A DNA stretch of 64,000 bases from Laetmonice hystrix (taxonomy: Eukaryota): NCBI GenBank assembly GCA_965235115.1, contig OZ249436.1, forward strand, positions 51,710,001 to 51,774,000, given 5' to 3'. Positions 13,010 through 26,427 of the stretch are shown here, piece after piece (position 1 is the first letter of the stretch; each line of letters starts with the position of its first letter). Under the pieces are notes generated by a model that did no database searches, was not told the DNA's origin, and saw only the letters and a list, made by a program, of their open reading frames with translations. A program made the position numbers and the translations under genes.

Positions 13010-15298
13010 ATGGCTAATTCCAAACCAGAAGCTATTAAAAAAATCTTGACGGAAGGCATTAAGAAGATGGTATCTTCAATCAAGTTCCACCAACATCTTC
13101 AACTTGAAATGCTCATGGTTGTCACATTTGACAACGAAGAAGCCATTGTGTGTAACATAAATGAGAAATTCACCCCAGGGAATATGGCTCAGAAGAAGAC
13201 GCCTTCCAAGGCTAATCCTGTTCAGGGTCAGTCTGTACTAAAGCAGGAACCAGACACTAGCAATATCTCAGCAAAGTGTGAGGTGACTCAGAAATCAAGT
13301 GGGGTGAAACAGTCAGAAGACAAGCCAACAGACGATGACGATAGAAGTGGTCCCTCAAGTGATCCACCATTAGAGCCAGGCAGCATGAGAACAAGTGCAC
13401 AAGCACGTCCAGTATTGCAAGGTGCACAATTACCTGTCTCACATGAACCTTTCCCCATCTTAATCCACCGAGTCCGTGTTCACACCATAGGTGCCAGTAA
13501 TAAGGGCACCAAGGCTGTGACAGAGGCACAAAACTCCTCGAATTCTAGAGCAACAGATATGGAGGCGACAGAATCAGATGTTGAAGCACCAGATAATGGG
13601 ACTGAAGATGTCAAAGGTCCTGACATGATAGAAGAAGTAACTCTGTTAAGTGAGGTGGAAGTGAAGAAGGAAGTGACAGAAAGTGACGATATAGATGCTA
13701 TGGATGGCAGTGGCTCTACATCCTCCTGGTTTGACCCTGCGAGTTATGGATCCTTGACAAGCATGGCAACGCAGTTGTTGGATCAGGAACTACCAGATTT
13801 TGAGCCAGAATCAAGGGTAAGTTAGATTGTTCTGCAACTGCAATGTAAAACATGAGAATTACTAAATTGAGAGTAAGGACAATTGGTGCTGCTGTCTTGG
13901 TCATAGATGTGGGTACAGTATATATTTGAAGCCAGGGAGAATGACTGATCACAGTGTATTACATGGTGTTTTGAATACCTGTGCCCCAGGAAAGAATAGC
14001 AAGGTATTGTTTATTCTGAACAAGTCAGTAGGGGTAGTTTAAGGATTTGAAATGGGGTCAGGGTGCATCTGAAATCTGCATACATGTAGAAAAATGCTCC
14101 AACTTTTATATTGAGTATCAGTGTTTGCATTATCAGATGTACATAAAAGTTTATCAGTACTGCATCAAATTTTGATAAGTGAACTGAGACCAACTTAAAT
14201 TTTTGGGAAAGACAGTTAGTAGCTTTGGCCCAAACCACATTTCTTTGTTTTCTGGCATACTTCTGTTTGAGCATACAGTTGTTGACATGTGGCTGGTGTG
14301 TCTATTGGTACATAGAAAACTACTTGGTGCTGATCACTTTTTCCCTTCGATATTTCCAGTTTGATGAGGATTCGGCCAGTTCCGTAGATGGCAGTTTATC
14401 CAACATAATGCAGAGTGAGGATCCACCTAAAGTTTCAACTGTTACAAGCACCGACTCCCAGCCCAGACCACTATCTCCACCAGTCGGCCCCCCTTATTAC
14501 TGCCGCTTCTGTAAGAAGTTTTATAAGAAGAGAAGGCTCGTGATAGCACATGAGAGGAAGCACACAGGGGAGAGACCGTTTGAATGCTACCTCTGTGGCA
14601 AGGCCTACCCTGTCAAAACCAGCCTCAACATGCACCTCAAAATACACAGTGGCATTAGGCCATATGCTTGTCATCTGTGTGAAAAGACTTTCCTAATGAA
14701 GGCAAACCTGCAATCACACATCAGGGTCCACACTGATGAACGACCATTCAAATGTCAAGAATGTGGACGGTGCTTCCGCCAGCGCGGATCCCTGAAGTCC
14801 CATCAAAGGACCCACACCAATGAAAAACACCTGAAATGTAGACTGTGCGATGCAACTTTTGCCCGTCATGAGATGCTGAACAAGCATGAGTTGACACACC
14901 AGGGAGAGAAACAGTTTCTCTGTCCCCAGTGTGGGAAACGGTTCTGGGCCAACAGGGACCTGACAGTTCACTTAAAAACTCACCTTGGGGAAAAACCCTT
15001 TCAGTGTCCACAGTGCTTTGAGAAATTCACCAAGGTGAGCTCTCTGAAGAGGCATGTTGAGGCTCACACTGGGGCCAAGAATTTTATGTGTGATATTTGT
15101 GGGAAGGTGTTTACGAGGGCCCACCAGGTGACCATCCATATGAAGAGCCACTTTGGGGAGGACCCTTTTCACTGTCAGATTTGTCAAGCCGGATTCAAAT
15201 CTCGGTCAACACTAACTAAGCATGTCAGTCAGCATCAAGCCGATCTTCAGGTATACCCAGAAAAAGAAACTCCCTATCAAAGCCAAACACTCTTTTAG
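13010..15298 (+). CDS. C2H2 zinc-finger protein, paralogue 2 (~581 aa)
   Basis: Exons 13010-13816 (AGG|GTAAGT) and 14360-15298 (TTTCCAG|TTT). Nine fingers, colinear with paralogue 1. Confidence 0.93.
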
Positions 15299-15309
15299 CT
15301 TTAGGTTTA

Positions 15310-16087
15310 AAGTCGAACCTGATTGTTCTGAGAGTGGACAATCCAACTGAAGAGCCGACACTAATTAGCATGAAACTAACTGTCAAAACTCTTCACTAAT
15401 GTGACACCTTGCTTGGCAGGTCTGTCGACGGTTATCACTCAACTCCTGTATAAACATGGAGTCGCACCTCCCACCACACAGTCCCTGCACTTTTAACACA
15501 TGCCACTTATAACACCTCACATTAAAACAGTCTGGCCCCACTTATGAGCATTTGAAGAACTCTCCCATTGTGTTTAATTCTCAGGCGCGAACTTATGAAG
15601 TGTTTTTGAGTAAAGGAGACCGAGCATAGCTCAATAATCAGGCGATTTCATATATTTCCATTGTGTGACCTGCAGGATGCATAAAAAGTCAGCCTGTATA
15701 GGGAGCTGACATCAGCTGCCAGTTGATCTGCATGGAAAGACAACGTTCCTGCTCTGGATCATGTGTCAACCAGCCGCCAAGGCCATCAAGTTTTGTGAGG
15801 AAAACGCCACCCATTTTCCCAGATCCTGTTCCTGCCCTCTCTCATATACCAACATTATTATATGTACATGTACATGTTTAATATTACTGCATTAAATAAA
15901 TAAACAGAACCTTTATTCTATTTTATACATGTAGACTGAACTTTTATTCTTTTTTCACTACCATTTTAGTCACTCGAACTAACAGATCTCCCCCCCCCCC
16001 TTACCCCATCCCATCTGACCTAGATTCAACAGTTTGACATATTGAAAATGAAGAGAACGGCCCGGTCAGATTATTCAGGTTCGACTG
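15310..16087. mobile_element. Tc1/mariner-type non-autonomous element in the 3' UTR of ZNF paralogue 2
   Basis: TA|aAGTCGAACCTGA...TCAGGTTCGACTG|TA; absent from the 3' UTRs of the other three paralogues. Confidence 0.7.
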
Positions 16088-16140
16088 TATTACATGTTTG
16101 TACTAATGTACTGGAGGCTGTCATACAGTCATGGTTTATA

Positions 16141-16436
16141 CTCAATCTAATTAAAATTAGATCCTGGTATTCCGCGTCTCTCTCGGCTGTTTCAGAGCTG
16201 CCGCGCTCCATACCTGGATCTAAGGACATCCCATTAGGGGTCACCTCAGGTTGACCTCTGGATTCAGCCAATCAGCGAGTCGCCTACGAAATCTTCGGTG
16301 TGCGCTCGTAGGCATTTTCAACGGCACACTTGAATCTGGGTCAAAGTTCAGCCTGAGGTGACCCCATACGGGATGCCGTTAGATCCTAGTATGGAGCGCA
16401 TGCGAAATAACTAGACCTAATTTTAATTAGATTGGG
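16141..16436. mobile_element. Foldback MITE
   Basis: CTCAATCTAATTAAAATTAG...CTAATTTTAATTAGATTGGG with long internal inverted arms, flanked by TTTATA/TTTATA; empty site at ~22698-22703. Confidence 0.8.
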
Positions 16437-16737
16437 TTTATACTGCATAGTGCTCGTCTAAGTGGATTCAGGAGATATTAGAGAAGTGATTGATTAGATA
16501 TGTGTTCCTTAATTTTTGTCCTATTATATTGGGATACGATGAATGTCACTTCACGGTAGTTCACTTAACTAGGTAACACACGAATAACCCAATAAACTCA
16601 TACCTTGTAGGTATATGTATTTACGTGTAGATATGAATTACAATGTAAAAACAGCAAATAAATCGATTTAACAATAATATGACGTAGATTTCTTAAATTA
16701 ATATCATTATAAAGTACCTTTTGGACAGCTTTATTGG

Positions 16738-17382
16738 TCAATGGGGATTATTTAGGTAAAATTGTATTTCAGGGTGTATGGCTTGACGTGATATTCCTTA
16801 TATGTCCCTTGAGCCACACATGTGCACAAGCATATATGGTATACAAGCCACCATCTTTTATTGCCATTCCTATATAGTGCTGACCAAGGATAGTTTCTAG
16901 GTTACGGAAAGATAGGCTGGCAATGTAAAATTTTTGGTATCGCAAAGAGAAAAACGCGGTTCCATTTCACAAAGTCCCCAAACTATCAAAGTCTTTGGTT
17001 TAGCAAAAAGTATGTTGGACAACCCCACGCCATGGGTAGCAATGATAATTTTTGACCGGTGAAACGTAAATATAACTCACCAAGTTTGGCCGCAGGTCGT
17101 CCTGGAACACAGCTGTAGCAAAGTGGAACAAGTCATTTAGCATGAACATGATGTGGTTATGGAAACAGAACTGTTGGTCAGGACAATGACCAAAAATGAC
17201 GACGATGTTATCCTGTTTAAAGGGGCCCAACTTGGCATTAGTATGGCGGCCATGACTTTTGTATGAAAGATGGGAGGGTGGCCACAGGTCGTCCCAGCAG
17301 GAAGGTATAGACGATTCTCTTTCGAAGAGGACCCAAAAACCAATCTGGCTCAACTGATCCCTAATCTACTACAAGATGGTTT
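16738..17382 (-). pseudogene. Decayed 3' fragment of the GT61 gene (copy behind ZNF paralogue 2)
   Basis: Aligns to 30136-30779. Residual peptides YLPAGTTCGHPPIFHTKVMAAI and AKLGPFKQD appear in shifted frames. Confidence 0.88.
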
Positions 17383-17826
17383 GATGGAAATGATAATCAG
17401 TATGAGTTCCACATCCTTCACTGCATCATTCAACCATGTCCTCATTTCTTTCTATCGGTACTTTTCTCTTAATTTTATCCTCAAATGAGTTAATTGTTAG
17501 GGGCCTACTCAGTGCCCCTGAGCAGAACCTTACAGTGATGAAGTAGGACCGTGTGAAGACAAATCAGTCTGTTGAGGATTGCTGCACTCTACCTTCAACC
17601 GTTTAAAACAGAAAAAATTATTGGGTTGATTAATTTTATACATATTCGACTCTAACTCAAAGATGTGGTGGTCTTGGGTTTGTGGTCTGCAACTTGTGGC
17701 CGTCTTCAGGATTCGAAATAGAAATAAGTTTAGTGATGATAATTATCAGTTGATGGAGCAGAACCCTGCACACTGGACCAAGGCCCTATCAAGAAGTGGC
17801 AAGTGTTTGGCTGGTTTTCCATGTAA

Positions 17827-18107
17827 AGGCCGCCGCACACGACGAACATTTGTGCGCGAACATTTGTTCCCAAACAAAAATCCACTCGTGTGCGGTGATC
17901 AAAATGCCGAACGAACAATTGTTCGTCGGTATTCAACATGTTTAATATTTCCGAACAAATGTTCGTCGTCTGCGGTAAACCACGAATTTCTGTTAAACAT
18001 CTGCATGTCGAATACCGACGAACAATTGTTCGCGAACAATAATTGTCTGGGCGGATTTTTGTTCGTAAACAAATGTTCGCGAATATGTTCGTCATGTGCG
18101 GCGGCCT
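17827..18107. mobile_element. Palindromic MITE, Harbinger-like
   Basis: AGGCCGCCGCACA...TGTGCGGCGGCCT with CGAACA(A/T)TTGTTCG subrepeats, flanked by TAA/TTA; empty site CATGTAACATTGC at ~9983 and ~23934. Confidence 0.8.
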
Positions 18108-18479
18108 TTACATTGCAGGCATACTGTATTGCATGCCAAACCTTTATAACCCAGTCGGTGGGGAGGGGGGAGCACTGGGTGGGCAGGCAGGAGTGAAAGT
18201 TGGGGCTGTCCACCTCTATTTAATTATCTCTGTCTAAAGAATCGGCATGTGATGTTTCAACCACCAAATTGTGGTCAATCCTTGTGGTAGACGTGCAGCG
18301 ACTTTCAGTTTCAGACTTACAAGTCTCAATTTGATATAAAAAAAAGTCGGCCCCATCGGAATAGGAGTGGAAGCATAGGATAACAGCCTATATTATGGTA
18401 GCACATTTATGTGTGAACACACTATGCCACATGCTTTTAGTTCTGTCTGAACACAATTAAGGCTTGCTGGTGTAGCCCA

Positions 18480-18960
18480 CACCCATCCTCCCATGCTCGG
18501 AGTTGAACCGCTTCCAGTGATCGGAGAGTACTTTGCAGCGTCATCTGCTTATGACCTAATAATTCTCTCAGATTACAGCACTGTCTGAGGCATGATTCAT
18601 AAAAATTAGCTTGCATTTCTGGTTAGCCAATAGGATCATCCCAGGTAAAGTTATTGTGGTCGAAGCAATGGCAACAACGGGTTGGCATTTATATCCAGAC
18701 AGTGGGAGGAACAACTTTGAGTTGACAGGCCTTTAAGAACACACACTAACTAGGCTATAATCCTACCCAGACCCTTAACGTTAACCCACAGCACAGCAGA
18801 GACCAAAACCGACAGCTGGCGCCAGCGACACTGGGCTGAACAGGCCGGTGCCAGTTCGGATGCCAGCAGAAGGGAAGCTACGATGCTGAAATCGGGAGAT
18901 AAAATTTAGAATTTCGCATGTTAAACCGTATATCAAGTCAGAGTCCTACAAACTGTATTT
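18480..18960 (+). repeat. Dispersed repeat; inverted second copy at ~39597-39970
   Basis: GCATGTTAAACCGTATATCAAGTCAGAGTCCTACAAACTGTATT and TTTCTGGTTAGCCAATAGGATCATCCC recur as reverse complements at 39598-39810. Confidence 0.7.
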
Positions 18961-19242
18961 TCAGGGAGGGACATATTTGTGTATCAGCAAACTGGGCAAG
19001 ACAGAAGCATATGCCATCGGGAGTGGGATGCGCAATGCCCCTTGACAACTCAGGATGGCCCACACCAGGCAACATCAGATTTCAATTTTGAATTGAAGTC
19101 GGGGCTACGATTGATGTCGTTAACAGAAACCAATCGGTATTTATTAAAGGAGTTCGGCTAAACATCATGGGTTATTCCCTAACTGCCATAAAAAAAGTTT
19201 AGGACTGAGGCGCAGACAACCTCAACCTCAGCTCAGTGCTAA

Positions 19243-20029
19243 AGCCCCTTTCACAATTGTTGCACGACCAGTTCCCGACCACCTGCAACGGAAAATCGCT
19301 TCCGTTGCACGACCACTCGCATGGTGTCGTGCGAGTGATCGCCCCCGTTGCAAGGTCGCAAGCGCTCGCAACTGGTCGCGGCTGGGTTTTTGACATGTCA
19401 AAAATTCAGAGGCGACTTGGTGCGACCAAAATTATCGCAGTCCGTTGCACGACCGTTGCACGACCGTTGCACAACCGTTGCAGACTGTCGTGCAATTAAT
19501 CGCACGACCGTGTGTGGTTGAAAGCTCGCACGAGTGCTAGCGACCACTGACGATCAGTCGTGCGTCCTGGAAAATGTGTCCTGCGACCATGAGACTGTTG
19601 TGCGACCGGTCGCACCTCATCGTGCAACGTTGTGCGACCATTGCGTGAGTCTATGCATGCATTGAAAGGAGACGTCGTCGTCATAGCGGCCTGAGCGATC
19701 GCATGCTCGTGCAACAGGTCTCCCCTAAATGTGCGAGCGATCGCATGCTCGCACGACCAGTCGCACGAGCATGCGATCGGTCGCACTGGTTGCCCGAGTG
19801 ACGTCTGCTCACTCGCAATGGATCGTGCAACACTCGCATGTGGACGCACGATGGATCGCACGAGCGTATGCGACTGAGTCGTGCAACACTCGCATGTGGA
19901 CGTACGAACACAATCGCATTTGTGAAAGCTACTGCGATTCAGTTGCGATTCAAAACTTTTTTGGACGATGGCATGACCGGTTTGGCCATTTCGGTCGCAA
20001 TTGATCGTGCGCCAATTGTGCAAGGGGCT
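19243..20029. mobile_element. Non-autonomous PIF/Harbinger-like element (787 bp)
   Basis: TAA|AGCCCCTTTCACAATTG...CAATTGTGCAAGGGGCT|TAA with many internal GCACGACC/GTCGCA motifs. Empty site GGGGTAAGGGCACC at ~12746 and ~27199. Confidence 0.88.
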
Positions 20030-20282
20030 TAAGGGCACCACAGCTGGACTTCAGATTTCATTTTTATTGGCAGGCAATGCCATTGGCCGTTGGTCCAGTT
20101 CCCTTAGGCTTAATCAATACATATTTATTTGTCGGCTTTGTAGGTCTCTGTGTGTTTGAGGATCTTCTAAATAGAGCCAGATTCTTCTTGCTATGAATAG
20201 AAGTTATAACAGAATTTGTTTTATCCTGTTGTTTCCACAGCACAGGTGCATTGGTTTTTCAACTAGTCTACTCCCTGCAAAA

Positions 20283-22623
20283 ATGGCTAATTCCAAACCA
20301 CAAGCTATTAAAAAAATCTTGACGGAAGGCATTAAGAAGATGGTATCTTCAATCAAGTTCCACCAACATCTTCAACTTGAAATGCTCATGGTTGTCACAT
20401 TTGACAACGAAGAAGCCATTGTGTGTAACATAAATGAGAAATTCACCCCAGGGAATATGGCTCAGAAGAAGACGCCTTCCAAGGCTAATCCTGTTCAGGG
20501 TCAGTCTGTACTAAAGCAGGAACCAGACACTAGCAATATCTCAGCACAGTGTGAGGTGACTCCGAAATCAAGTGGAGTGAAACAGTCAGAAGACAAGCCA
20601 ACAGACGATGACGATAGAAGTGGTCCCTCAAGTGATCCACCATTAGAGCCAGGCAGCATGAGAACAAGTGCACAAGCACGTCCAGTATTGCAAGGTGCAC
20701 CATTACCTGTCCCACATGAAACTTTCCCCATCTTAATCCACCGAGTCCGTGTTCACACCATAGGTGCCAGTAATAAGGGCACCAAGGCTGTGACAGAGGC
20801 ACCAAAATCCTTGAACTCTAAAGTAACAGATATGGAGGCAACAGAATCAGATGTTGAAGCACCAGATAATGGGACTGAAGATGTCAAAGGTCCTGACATG
20901 ATAGAAGAAGTAACTCCATTAAGTGAGGTGGAAGTGAAGAAGGAAGTGTCAGAAAGTGACGATACAGATGCTATGGATGGCAGTGGCTCTACAACCTCCT
21001 GGGTCGACCCTGCAAGTTATGGATCCTTGACAAGGGTGGCACCACAGTTGTTGGATCAGGAACTACCAGATCTTGAGCCAGAATCAAGGGTAAGTTCAGA
21101 TTGGAGTGCTATGTAAAACATGAGAATTACTAAATTGAGAATAAGGACAAGTGGTGTCCTGTCTTGGTCATAGATATACATACATGTATGTATGAAGCCT
21201 GGGAGAATGATTACAGTGTAATGTAGGCCTATAGAGTAATGTATGCCTATAACAGCACCTTGGGCGCTAAACATCATGGGTTATTCCCGAACTGGTGCCC
21301 CTCGAAAGAATAGCAAGGTATGGTTAATCCTGAACAAGTCAGTAGGGGGAGTTTAAGGATTTGAAAAGGGGACAGGGTGCACGTGAAGGAGGTCACCTGT
21401 TGTGTGTATATCTGAAATCTGCATACACATGTAGAAAAAGACTTTTATATTGAGTATCGCTGTTTGAATTAGTGCGCATAAAAGTTTATAAGTACTGCAT
21501 TGAATTTTGATGAGAGAACTGAGACCAAATTAGATTTTTGGGAAACACAGTACATGTAGATAGCTTTGGCCCAAACCACATTTCTTTGTTTTCTGGCATA
21601 CTTCTGTTTGAGCATGTTTTTGAAATGTCATTATGTGTCTGTTGGTAAATAGAAAACTACCTGGTGCTGATCACTTTTTCCCTTCGATATTTTCAGTTTG
21701 ATGAGGATTCGGCCAGTTCCGTAGATGGCAGTTTATCCAACATAATGCAGAGTGAGGATCCACCTAAAGTTTCAACTGTTACAAGCACCGACTCCCCGCC
21801 CAGACCACTATCTCCACCGGTCGGCCCCCCTTATTACTGCCGCTTCTGTAAGAAATTTTATAAGAAGAGAAAGTCTGTGATAGTGCATGAAAGGAAGCAC
21901 ACAGGGGAGAGACCGTTTGAATGCCATATCTGTGGCAAGGACTTCCCTGCCAAAGCCAGCCTCAACGCACACCTCAAAATACACAGTGGCATTAGGCCAT
22001 ATGCTTGCCATCTGTGTGAAAAGACGTTCCGGATGAAGGGCAACCTGCAATCACACCTCAAAGTGCACACTGATGAACAACCATTCAAGTGTCAAGAATG
22101 TGAACGGCGCTTCCGCCATCAGAAATCCCTTAAGTCCCATCAAAGGACCCACACCAATGAAAAACACCTGAAGTGTAGACTGTGTGATGAAACTTTTGCC
22201 CGTCATGAGATGCTGAACAAACATGAGTTGACACACCAGGGAGAGAAACAGTTTCTCTGTCCCCAGTGTGGGAAACGGTTCTGGGTTAGCCGGGACTTGA
22301 CAATTCACTTAAAAACTCACCTTGGGGAAAAACCCTTTCAGTGTCCACAGTGCTTTGAGAAATTCACCAAGGTGAGCTCTCTGAAGAGGCATGTTGAGGC
22401 TCACACTGGGGCCAAGAATTTTATGTGTGATATTTGTGGGAAGGTGTTTACGAGGGCCCACCAGGTGACCATCCACATGAAGAGCCACTTTGGGGAGGAC
22501 CCTTTTCACTGTCAGATTTGTCAAGCTGGATTCAAATCTCGGTCGTTACTAAGTAAGCATGTCAGTCAGCATCAAGCTGATCTTCAGGTATGCCCTGAAA
22601 ACGAAACTAGCTATCAAAGCTAA
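20283..22623 (+). CDS. C2H2 zinc-finger protein, paralogue 3 (~577 aa)
   Basis: Exons 20283-21089 and 21697-22623, canonical GT-AG, phase 0. Nine fingers. Confidence 0.93.
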
Positions 22624-23152
22624 ACCCTATTTGAATTTTGGGTTCTAATATCACATGCATACATAGTAATGTACTAGAGGCTGTCATACTTTCATGATTT
22701 ATACTGAATAGTGCTCATGTAAGTGTATTCAGGAAAAAACTTGAGAAGTGATTGATTAGGTATGTGTTCTTGAATTTTCACTACCACATCTAGATACAAT
22801 GACTGTCAATACGCACATGTATATGTATGTAGCACAGGAATAACTTTATAGGTAGAGTCTGGCCTCGTTTGTCCAAAAAGCTTGGTGCTGATTAAAATGT
22901 GTTCAGTTTGTGAAACATACGGATTGCTGAATCATTTTAAATACAATATGGTAAAAGAAGTTACCAGACAGTGTGCTTGGATTGTGACATAGGCCTACGA
23001 AATAAAGAAGTCCGACTGTATATGTATGTATTTACTAATTGATATGGATTTCAGTGTAAAAACAGCAAATAAATCAGTTTTAACAACAATAATATGATGT
23101 AAATTTCTTAGATTCATGTCATTATGGGGTACTTTTTGCTCAGCTTTATTGG

Positions 23153-23740
23153 TCAATGCGGATTATTTAGGTAAAATTGTATTTCATGGTGTATATGGCG
23201 TGGCGCGATACACAAGCAACCGTCTTTTCTTGCCATTCCTAATACTGAGCAAGGATAATTACTAGATTACGGAAATATACTAGGTTGGTAGGGTAAGATA
23301 GTTGGTAGCACAAAGCCAGAAACGCGGTTTCATTTCACAAACTAAAAGTCACTTAAGTACCAAAGTTGTTGGCTTAGCAAAAAGTATGTTGGACAACCCC
23401 ATGCCACGGGTAGCAGTGATAATTTTTGCATGGTGAGACCGTTCAATATAACTCGGCAAGTTTGGCTGTAGCTCGTCCCTGTGAAAAAGTAACTTGTAGC
23501 AATGTGAAACAACAAGTCATTTAGCACGAGCATCATGTAATAGATATGGTGTCCAGACAATGACGACGATAGTATCCTGTTTGAAGAGACCCAGTTTGGC
23601 GTTAATATGGCGGCCATGACTTTTGTATGAAAGATGGGAGGGTGGCCACACGTCAACGTCCCAGCGGGAATGTAGACTCCTCCTTCAAAGAGGATCCTAC
23701 ACCAATCTGGCCTAACTGATCCCTACATACTACAACATGG
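23153..23740 (-). pseudogene. Decayed 3' fragment of the GT61 gene (copy behind ZNF paralogue 3)
   Basis: Near-identical to 9308-9822 but extends to the same 5' limit (~30776) as the second fragment; residual TCGHPPIFHTKVMAAI. Confidence 0.85.
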
Positions 23741-24218
23741 ATTTTCATACATATTCAACTAACTCAAAGATGTGGTGTTCTTTAATCTTGGGTTTGTGGT
23801 CAGCAACTTGTGGCAATCTTCAGGAATCGGGATGGAAATAAGTCCAGTGATGATAATTATGAGTTGATAGAGGAGAACCCTGCACACTGGACCAATGCCC
23901 TACTGAAGAAGTGGCAAGTGTTTGACTTTTTTACATGTAACATTGCATGCACTGTACATTGCATGCCCAGCCTTTATTATATATAGCCCAGTCAGGGGGC
24001 AATGGGTAGGCAGGCGGCACTGACAGTTTGGGACGAATGCAATGCAGCTGATTGTGGCAGCTTTTAACAAATCAGCAGTTAAACTGGGTGGGCCTGGTTT
24101 TTGTCATGGACGTGGAAACCTGTACCCCTGGCCTGGTTTCCTCTGCCAGCTGGTGTCACAGTCTGTACCTTCCACTGTAGTGTGCTATCTGCCTGTATTT
24201 AACTATCTCTGTCTAATG

Positions 24219-25595
24219 CACGGCATTTCCATGCCAACAGGGAAAACGGTGCAATTTTTTATTTATTGAATTTCCATCAAATGTGCAATGTTTTTGACTG
24301 GAAATATGTTGCATTTTCAGGAAAACAACTACTATTGAAAGCTAAACACTGCGTTCACGGATATACCACCTTTCAAACTTGATACATAAAAACATCTCTT
24401 TTCCTTCATTTCAGATAGCACTTTTTGCTGGCCCTCCTACAGCCCTATGTTCAAATACCTTCCGAGTTTTAATGTTGATATAATTTCATTGGGCCTTATT
24501 CTCAATATTTTTGGTCATAAAACTTTCGTATCTAATCTACATTTTTTTATGACATTCTCCTTAAACCAACATTAAAAATTCTGTAATGCGAGTCACGGAA
24601 AAGGGCACTTTTTCTTACTACACTGAAGCTCCTGGTAGAATGAAACTGCCAATGATATATCTGCACCCCTTGTTCTTACTTAAGAAAAGGACACCAACAA
24701 AACAGCTGTCCTCTCTTTCTCTTGTATAATATTAGGCATGGTATATCTGTAACGTGAGTCACGTGTAATGCGAGTCACAAAAAATGGGGTAGAGTAACAA
24801 CCGTGGTCATTTTGTTTTTCTTGGATACTAACTGATCAGAAAACTTCAATTAGGAGTTGCATGTATGCATCACTGTAGTGACTGTATCAAGGCTTCCTGC
24901 AATATACTCTATTAACCTTTTGTAAGAATGCCGGTTTATATAATAATTCCTAGAATATGTTAAGACAAATTGATTCAATTAGCAGAATCAAATTTTTGAA
25001 AAAAAAGAGAAAAAAAAGAAGAAGAAAAAAAAGTAGGAACCCCTCCAATATTTAGACATTTTAAGGGGAAATAACAACTTTATTCAAAGACATACTCTCC
25101 CTAAAACCCAATTCAATTTTTACAACACTGTAAAGTTAGAAATACATGTATATCTGTGTGCTGAAGTGTACCTTAATAATAGTCATGGAAAATATGTAAT
25201 GCGAGTCACAGTAACACGAGTCACACCGATTATGCACAGTTGTGCCCATATTTGGGGGGAAAACCAATCCATTTTCTATGTTATCTGATACTGATAGCCC
25301 GTGTAGTTGTTAATAAATAATATTAATTCACTCCTGTCATTTATAGTTTTGAGGAGAATTTGGAAAAGTGTTAGGTTTTTAGTGGGTAGGTTTTTGCACT
25401 TTCCTTAATTAGATGCAATTTAAAGACTAATTATGTAATCATGCTAGTTTCTGTTCATATCATTTAATACCTTATGCAAATGGGTTTCTGAATACAACTG
25501 TTGGAATCTTTAAAAATAAAACTGTAGCAGATACACTAAGATATAATTTGAAAAGTGGACAAAAAATGTAACGCAAGTCACGTGGAAATGCCCTG
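24219..25595. mobile_element. Same ~1.4-kb transposon at the paralogous site, copy 2 (duplicated with its flanks)
   Basis: Near-identical to 10268-11663 including flanking sequence. Confidence 0.75.
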
Positions 25596-25910
25596 CAGGT
25601 GATGATGTTTCAGCCACCAAATTATGGTCAATCATGGTCGACGTGCTGCGACTTTCAGTTTCAGATTTACAAGTCTCGATTCAATATTAACTAGTTGGAA
25701 TAGCATTGGAGGCAGAAGGGCCAGAACAGAGGAACGTACAAACTGCAACAGCTGTGCCCTGACCAAGGGATATACTTAGATAACTTTAGCGATATTCACA
25801 CAAATCCAAAGCCTAGGCTAGCAGCCTATATTTTGGTAGCATATTTTAAATATATTGTGTTCACACATAATTAATTTATGTGTGAACACAATATACCACA
25901 TGCCTTTAGT

Positions 25911-26427
25911 CAGCCGATACGCATGTTCTCCTCTTCTTCAAGAAGAGAGACTGGCGTTAGCCTCCACTCCTTCAAGAACAGAGACCTTTCCCATTCCGCC
26001 CAGTGGTGGGCGTAAGAAATGGAGACTTTCTTCTTGAAAAATGAGAGCAGGTGTATACATTTTGACAAGGAAACTAAATTCTATCCTATCCCTATCCCTA
26101 TCCCTGACCTTAACCCTAACCCCTATCCCTATCCCTATCCCTGACCTTAACCCTAACCCCTGCCCAAACATTTCGTGGAAAGTTATCATGGGGGAAGAAC
26201 CCATTGGCTTAACTACCTAAGGTGAGATATTCACCTGCTGACCTGCTCGCTGAAACGGAACCGAGGCGGCAAGGTGATTGGACACCTAGCTAGTCTCCAT
26301 TGGAAGAAGAAAGTCTACATTTCTTACGCCCACCACTGGGCGGAATGGACAAGGTCTCTGTTCTTGAAGGAGTGGAGACTAACGCCAGTCTCTCTTCTTG
26401 AAGAAGAGGAGAACATGCGTATCAGGT
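25911..26427. mobile_element. Foldback element with ~110-bp inverted arms and a (CCCTAT/CCCTAA)n core
   Basis: GATACGCATGTTCTCCTCTTCTTCAAGAAGAGAGACTGGCGTTAG... and its reverse complement; 8-bp TSD CCTTTAGT; empty site at ~11940. Confidence 0.88.

Noticed and set aside
17663..20041. ORFs of 100-180 aa at 17.7-18.2 kb and 19.2-20.0 kb
   Set aside because: They lie within palindromic MITEs and have no transposase motifs.
26080..26162. Interstitial telomere
   Set aside because: Short, degenerate and inside a TSD-flanked foldback element.
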